The notes under the pieces were generated by a model. It saw nothing but the letters and a program-made list of their open reading frames with translations. It had not been told where the DNA came from and ran no database searches. DNA of 54,225 bases from Verrucomicrobiia bacterium (GTDB lineage: Bacteria; Verrucomicrobiota; Verrucomicrobiia; Limisphaerales; UBA11358), in contig DASYAA010000053.1 of assembly GCA_036501565.1 (NCBI GenBank), positions 1 through 54,225 on the forward strand, written 5' to 3'. Of the stretch, positions 49,558 through 54,225 are shown piece by piece. The translations under genes were made by a program, and so were the position numbers. Every line of letters begins with the position of its first letter. Position 1 is the stretch's first letter.

Positions 49558-50531
49558 TTTTCCAAAGTCACGTCTCCGCCGGTAATGGTCTCAAGCCGCC
49601 CATGTTCAGTGCGCAATAATAACGCGCCATCGTCACCGAGCGATTCGGCGCGGCCACGGATTTTGCGGTCGCCGATCTGAACCGTGACATTTTTGCCGAT
49701 GGTCTCGCAACCGGATTCCCATTCATCTGCAACGGCTGGAAATTTACCGCCGCCAATCCGCGCGTAATCAGAATCCAGTTCGCGCAAAATCGTCACGGCC
49801 AGTTCTGCGCGCGAAACCGTTTCGCCCGTTTCAATTTTCAGCGAAGTCGCCATTTTTTTTAATTCCCCCGGAAATTCGTTCGCGTCCAGATTCACGTCCA
49901 GGCCGATGCCGAGGATGATGTGTTTGACGCGGTCCACTTCCGCGCTCAACTCGGTCAAAATGCCCGCCACTTTTTTGCCGCCGATCAAAATGTCGTTCGG
50001 CCATTTGATCTCCGGCTTCAATCCGGTTTCAAGTTGGATCGCGCGGCGCAGCGCGGTGGCGGAAGCAACGGTCAACTGCGTCGCTTCCTGCGGACGCAAA
50101 TCCGGCCGCAGCAGAATGGAAAACCAAAGTCCTTTATGCGCGGGCGAAATCCATTTTCGACCGAGCCGACCACGGCCTTTGGTTTGCGATTCGGCAAAAA
50201 CGACGACTCCTTCGCGCACGCCGTCGCGCGCCAATTTTTCAATCACGTCGTTCGTCGAAGTGGTTTGCTCGAAAACGCGAATGTCGCGCCCGATGACTTT
50301 TGTTTTGCCGAGCCGCGCGAGCAAATCATCCGCGTGCAGCGTGTCCGGCGAACTGACGAGGCGATAACCCAAATGCGGACTGGCTCCGATGTCGTAATCG
50401 AGCTTGCGCAATTCCTCGATGCGCGACCAAATGGCTGCGCGGCTGATTTTTAATTGTTCCGCAAGTTCCGCGCCCGAAACGCCGCCGGGGTTTTCGCGCA
50501 ACGCGGAAAGAATTTTTGCGTCTGTGGTCAT
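49554..50531 (-). CDS. birA: Bifunctional biotin--[acetyl-CoA-carboxylase] ligase / biotin operon repressor
   Basis: N-terminal wHTH 'VSGAELAEQLKISRAAIWSRIEELR' and 'GRGRLGRKW' biotin-binding loop. ATGA overlap with nadC. Confidence 0.92.
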   Translation of the reverse strand: MTTDAKILSALRENPGGVSGAELAEQLKISRAAIWSRIEELRKLDYDIGASPHLGYRLVSSPDTLHADDLLARLGKTKVIGRDIRVFEQTTSTNDVIEKLARDGVREGVVVFAESQTKGRGRLGRKWISPAHKGLWFSILLRPDLRPQEATQLTVASATALRRAIQLETGLKPEIKWPNDILIGGKKVAGILTELSAEVDRVKHIILGIGLDVNLDANEFPGELKKMATSLKIETGETVSRAELAVTILRELDSDYARIGGGKFPAVADEWESGCETIGKNVTVQIGDRKIRGRAESLGDDGALLLRTEHGRLETITGGDVTLEK

Positions 50532-51376
50532 TCAAAATCCAATCCAATGTCCACCGCACGCGCAGAATGCGTGAGCGCGCCGACGGAAATAAAATCCACG
50601 CCGGTTTCGGCAATCGCGCGGACGGTTTTGAGATTCACGCCGCCGCTGGCTTCAGTTTTCGCGCGGCCTTTGACAATTTTTACGGCGAGCCGTAACTTTT
50701 TCAAATCCATGTTGTCGAGCAAAATGAAATCTGCGCCAGCATTCACGGCTTGTTCAACTTGTTTCAAAGCGTCCGCTTCAACTTCAACTTTCAATTTCGG
50801 GAATCTTTTTCGCGCGCTGGAAATCGCAGCGGCGATGGCGTTTGGTTTTTCGTTTTGCAACGCGGCGAGATGATTGTCTTTGATCAAAATCATGTCAAAC
50901 AGACCAATACGATGATTTTTTCCGCCGCCGCAAGCGACGGCGTATTTCTCAAATCGCCGCCAGCCGGGCGTCGTCTTGCGCGTGTCGAGGATTTTTGCAC
51001 GAGTTCCGCGAACCGCCAAAACAAATTGCGCGGTCAGTGTCGCAATTCCAGAAAGTCGCTGGACGAAATTCAGCGCGACACGTTCGGCGCTCAAAATGGC
51101 GCGGGCCGGGCCGGAAATTTTTAGCAGTATTTTTCCTGCGGCAATCCGTTGTCCGTTGCGCGCGAGTTTTTCGATTTTGATTTTCGGCGAAAGTTCGCGA
51201 AATGCTATTTCCGCAAATTCAAGTCCTGCGACGACGAGCGGTTCGCGCGCGCACATGACGGCTTTGGCCGTCGCATTTGCGGGAACGGTTGCCAATGTCG
51301 TCGCGTCGCCGCCGCCAATGTCTTCGGCGAGGGCGTTTTTGACAGCGGCGCGAATCTCTTTATTGCTCAATTGCAC
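50528..51376 (-). CDS. nadC: Nicotinate-nucleotide pyrophosphorylase (carboxylating)
   Basis: 'ILDTRKTTPGWR', 'IKDNH', and 'ILLDNM'. GTG start. Confidence 0.92.
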   Translation of the reverse strand: MQLSNKEIRAAVKNALAEDIGGGDATTLATVPANATAKAVMCAREPLVVAGLEFAEIAFRELSPKIKIEKLARNGQRIAAGKILLKISGPARAILSAERVALNFVQRLSGIATLTAQFVLAVRGTRAKILDTRKTTPGWRRFEKYAVACGGGKNHRIGLFDMILIKDNHLAALQNEKPNAIAAAISSARKRFPKLKVEVEADALKQVEQAVNAGADFILLDNMDLKKLRLAVKIVKGRAKTEASGGVNLKTVRAIAETGVDFISVGALTHSARAVDIGLDFE

Positions 51377-51407
51377 GGAGACAAAATGAACCGGCGGCGC
51401 GCGGAGT

Positions 51408-51761
51408 TCAATGGCCGAAATCGAGCGCGAGGAATTCCTCGGTGAATTGATCCAAATTATGCGCGGCGGGCGTGTTGGGTTCGGTCGCGAGCGCCAACAG
51501 CAGGCCGTTGGAATGCGCGGCGATGCGGATTTGGCCTTGCGCGAAAGTCCATGTGAGCCAGCGCGGGACGAAGCCGTAGTTGGAAAGCATCGTCAGTGCT
51601 CCGGCGAAAAGTGGCAGTGCCTGGTCGAATTGTTCGGACGGCCAGGTTTCATTGAAATTTTTTGTCAGGCAGGTGCCGTCCGGCAAGCGCACGCCACTGC
51701 CGAGCATTCCGGGCGCAATGCCGCAACCGTCCAGCCATTGATTGAGCGCAATGTTTTTCAT
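51408..51761 (-). CDS. Roadblock/LC7-like small protein
   Basis: 117 aa. Pattern 'PGMLGSGVRLPDGTCL...AGALTMLSNYGF...IRIAAHSNGLLLALAT' resembles MglB/Roadblock folds. ATGA overlap with the upstream regulator. Confidence 0.45.
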   Translation of the reverse strand: MKNIALNQWLDGCGIAPGMLGSGVRLPDGTCLTKNFNETWPSEQFDQALPLFAGALTMLSNYGFVPRWLTWTFAQGQIRIAAHSNGLLLALATEPNTPAAHNLDQFTEEFLALDFGH

Positions 51762-52816
51762 GGCGTTTTTGGTTGCGAATTTTCTCCGCTGACGACGCGT
51801 ACGAACACCATGCGGTCGGATTGCACTTGCGCGATGGCGCGGCTGTCGGGAAGCTGAAGTTCAAGCCGGTCGAAATTTCCCAGCGGCAGCAATTCGCCAA
51901 GCTCTTTCGCTTGCTGTCCGATTTGCCGGAGCAAGGCCACGCGGGCGTTGATGTTCTGGCATTGCCAAGTGTAAAGCGCCGCGCCCTGGCCGGAGCAAAT
52001 CAGTGTTTCGGTGACGCGCGAAGGCAATTCAGACACGGTTGCGGAAACTTCGGCGGCGACCACAGGCTCTGATGTCTCGTCCGGCTCGCCAACGGGAGCT
52101 TGTGAAGCAGCTTCATCGCGCACGCGCGCGGCTTCCATGAGCAAAAATTCCCACTGGCCTTCGAGGGTGTGTTTCGGCGGCGACTCGAACGGTTGCAAAT
52201 GAAATTCGCCGCTGGAAAGCGCGAGTATTTTTTGAAAAGCGACTTCGCCGGTTTCGTCGCCGACAGCGGCATGAACGATTTTGCCGTTCTCAATGTAAAT
52301 TCGTCCGCGCACCTGCTGGTTATGGACTTCGAGAATGGAAGAATTGCGGCCCAGACATTCCATCTGGATGACATCCGGCAAACCGACCCGGCGCAGCACG
52401 CCATGAAATCCTTCGCGCGGCGTCCAGGCGATCAATTCGCCGAGCATGACGAAGACGGATTTCAAGCCGTCCGCCGAGCGCGGTTTTTCGATGAACAATT
52501 CGGCTCCATTGGCAAGGCACGCGGCGCGTTTTTCCTCGGTCGCCAGCCCAGTCATCACGGCTTTTTTAACATCGGGAAAACGGCGGTTGAGAATGCGAAT
52601 CAACTGCACGCCGTCCAGCACTGGCATATTGACATCCGCGACAACGAGGTCAATTTTGCCGGACTTGAGAATTTCCAGCGCCTGATCGGCGGATTTGGCG
52701 CAGTGAATCTGCCATGTTTTTTTGCTCCATGTGCCAAAGAGTTCGCAAATCATTTCGAGGAAGACACGGTCGTCATCCACGAACAGGATTTCATGGCGTT
52801 TTTCCAAATCACTCAT
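51758..52816 (-). CDS. Response regulator: REC + DUF4388 (PATAN) + C-terminal Roadblock-like region
   Basis: REC 'ILFVDDD...DLVVADVNMPVLDG...K'. DUF4388 'GVLRRVGLPDVIQMECLGRNSSILEV...GRIYIENGKIVHA...GEVAFQKIL'. ATG at 52816; the track's 144-codon extension overlaps the HEAT gene and was rejected. Confidence 0.8.
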   Translation of the reverse strand: MSDLEKRHEILFVDDDRVFLEMICELFGTWSKKTWQIHCAKSADQALEILKSGKIDLVVADVNMPVLDGVQLIRILNRRFPDVKKAVMTGLATEEKRAACLANGAELFIEKPRSADGLKSVFVMLGELIAWTPREGFHGVLRRVGLPDVIQMECLGRNSSILEVHNQQVRGRIYIENGKIVHAAVGDETGEVAFQKILALSSGEFHLQPFESPPKHTLEGQWEFLLMEAARVRDEAASQAPVGEPDETSEPVVAAEVSATVSELPSRVTETLICSGQGAALYTWQCQNINARVALLRQIGQQAKELGELLPLGNFDRLELQLPDSRAIAQVQSDRMVFVRVVSGENSQPKTP

Positions 52817-52890
52817 TTTCTTAAGCCAGTTTTGGCGGCAGCTTTCGGGCTGGAGATTGCCGACATCGTGCGCGAAAGACAAGCATGACG

Positions 52891-54225
52891 CTAACCCAAT
52901 GCCGCCAGCGCGCGCCGGGCGGCTTGCTGGACGAACAAATCTTCGTCCGCCGCAGCAACAGCAAGCAACGGTTGCGCGCTCGCGGTTTGCAACCGTTCCA
53001 ACGCCTGCGCCGCCGCCAATCGCAAATCGCGGTCGCGGTCGCGAATCAAATCCGTGAGGATGGCAAAAACGGCTTGCGGCAAACTGTCCGGTTGTGATTC
53101 GGATGGAACAGATTCTTTTTTTGCATGAGCGCTGCCACTCAAACGTTCCAACAATTTGCCGGCGCTGTGGCGAACCCAGTATTCGTGATGTTCCAAAGCC
53201 GCCTTGAGTTCGGGCGCGACCGACCGCGCCGCCTCGCTTTTTTCCCAACGAAGATCAATTTCCTTTAGCGAGTTTTCGGCGGCATTTCGCACGGAAGATT
53301 CCGTGTCAACGAGCATCAGCACCAAATGAGGGATCGCGCTCCGGTCGCCGATCCGGCCCAAAGCCGCCACCGCGCTTTCGCGCACATCGCGATCACCGTC
53401 CTTCAACATTTCGCACAATGCGTCCACCGCCGCCGGTTCCGCCAATGCGCCCAAACCTTTTATGGCAGCGCGGCGAACTTCCCAGACGGAATCTTTCAAA
53501 CGTTTGATCAGCGCCATCACCGCGCGCCCCCCGCCGCAATGAATTCCCGCCTCGATTGCCGCGACACGGACATTGGAATTTTTATCCGTCAAAAGAAGTT
53601 CAATGCCATCGTAAGCCGATGGATCAGCAATCCGTTCCAACGCCGCCAACACCGTCAGCCGCATGAACGGGTCGGGTTTTTTAAGCGCCTCAAGCAAAGG
53701 AGCGATGGCCCGGCTGTCCTCGATTTGCGTCAACGCTTTGACCGCCGCCATTTGCTTGTCCGGCGGTCCCGTCCGAAGAATTTGAACCAACGGTTGAATC
53801 GCCGCAGGTCCAAGCCCGGCCAAATCATTCATGTTGCCCGTTGCCGTGACTTTCAACACGCGGTCCGTGTCGTTTTCCGGCTCCCAACCCAGCCGTTCCA
53901 AACTGCGCGATGCGCGCGTCCGCACCGTCGTGTCTTCATCGCGCAGCAAATTGACCAGATCATTTACCGCGCGCGGATCGCCAAGTTGTCCTAAAATTTC
54001 CGCCGCCAGCACGCGCGCCTCCGCCACCGGGTCGCGCAACATTTGCATCAACGGCTCGACCGCCTTTGCGTTGCGAAATTTTCCCAAAGCTTTCGCCGCC
54101 GCGCAACGCACTTCCATTTTTTTATCCTGCAACGCGAAAATGAGCGCCGCCACGGAATCCGCATGATCGGCCTGCGCGATTTTTTCAACCGCCGCCAGCC
54201 GCGTCTTTGGACTCCATGCCCGGAG
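52891..54225 (-). CDS. HEAT-repeat (PBS-lyase type) protein, 5' end outside the window
   Basis: More than 10 repeats of 'VRxAAxxALGxxGDxxAVxxLxxxLxD'. The frame stays open past the GTG at 54153 to the window edge and still reads as HEAT repeat. Confidence 0.85.
   Translation of the reverse strand, partial: LRAWSPKTRLAAVEKIAQADHADSVAALIFALQDKKMEVRCAAAKALGKFRNAKAVEPLMQMLRDPVAEARVLAAEILGQLGDPRAVNDLVNLLRDEDTTVRTRASRSLERLGWEPENDTDRVLKVTATGNMNDLAGLGPAAIQPLVQILRTGPPDKQMAAVKALTQIEDSRAIAPLLEALKKPDPFMRLTVLAALERIADPSAYDGIELLLTDKNSNVRVAAIEAGIHCGGGRAVMALIKRLKDSVWEVRRAAIKGLGALAEPAAVDALCEMLKDGDRDVRESAVAALGRIGDRSAIPHLVLMLVDTESSVRNAAENSLKEIDLRWEKSEAARSVAPELKAALEHHEYWVRHSAGKLLERLSGSAHAKKESVPSESQPDSLPQAVFAILTDLIRDRDRDLRLAAAQALERLQTASAQPLLAVAAADEDLFVQQAARRALAALG

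Noticed and set aside
52817-53248. 144-codon N-terminal extension of the response-regulator ORF
   Set aside because: It overlaps the 3' part of the HEAT-repeat gene in another frame and is Gly/Arg/Cys-rich nonsense. ATG at 52816 gives a canonical REC N-terminus ('ILFVDDD').

Overview
A 54.2-kb chromosomal segment from a bacterium with moderate GC and very CpG-rich coding DNA. Gene content (GatCAB, HprK/HPr without visible EII genes, futalosine menaquinone genes, REC-DUF4388 regulator) suggests a PVC/Verrucomicrobiota-like organism, but that is a low-confidence guess. All family calls come from reading motifs in the supplied translations; no searches were run. Most of the window is tightly packed housekeeping: GT9-mpl, gatB, a tetR-MFP-RND efflux operon, gatCA, hprK-ptsH, kdsA-kdsC-lptCAB, PIN-PhoH, ogt, amiC-like amidase, ubiX-ubiA-mqnE-mqnA, ECF sigma, glnD, tRNA-Gly(CCC), miaA, lgt, hemE, thiC with a TPP riboswitch, ahcY-metK divergent from a SahR-like regulator, leuS, coaX-birA-nadC, and a HEAT/REC-DUF4388/Roadblock signalling module. 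No rRNA, CRISPR array, integrase or transposase was seen. Noteworthy points: (1) a co-directional trio of uncharacterised-domain genes (wHTH-DUF488 fusion, orphan 274-aa protein, DUF4256) directly behind thiC; (2) sharp-edged CpG-poor patches, both as small accessory islets (frameshifted DUF4238 gene, orphan small genes) and inside essential genes (gatB tail domain, central leuS); (3) short tandem-word repeats (7-9 nt units), arranged as inverted pairs in intergenic gaps and also inserted in frame into leuS and miaA; (4) a compact SahR/metK/ahcY control region with overlapping divergent promoters and palindromes. The ORF track uses ATG, GTG and TTG as starts, so several starts were re-derived by hand.
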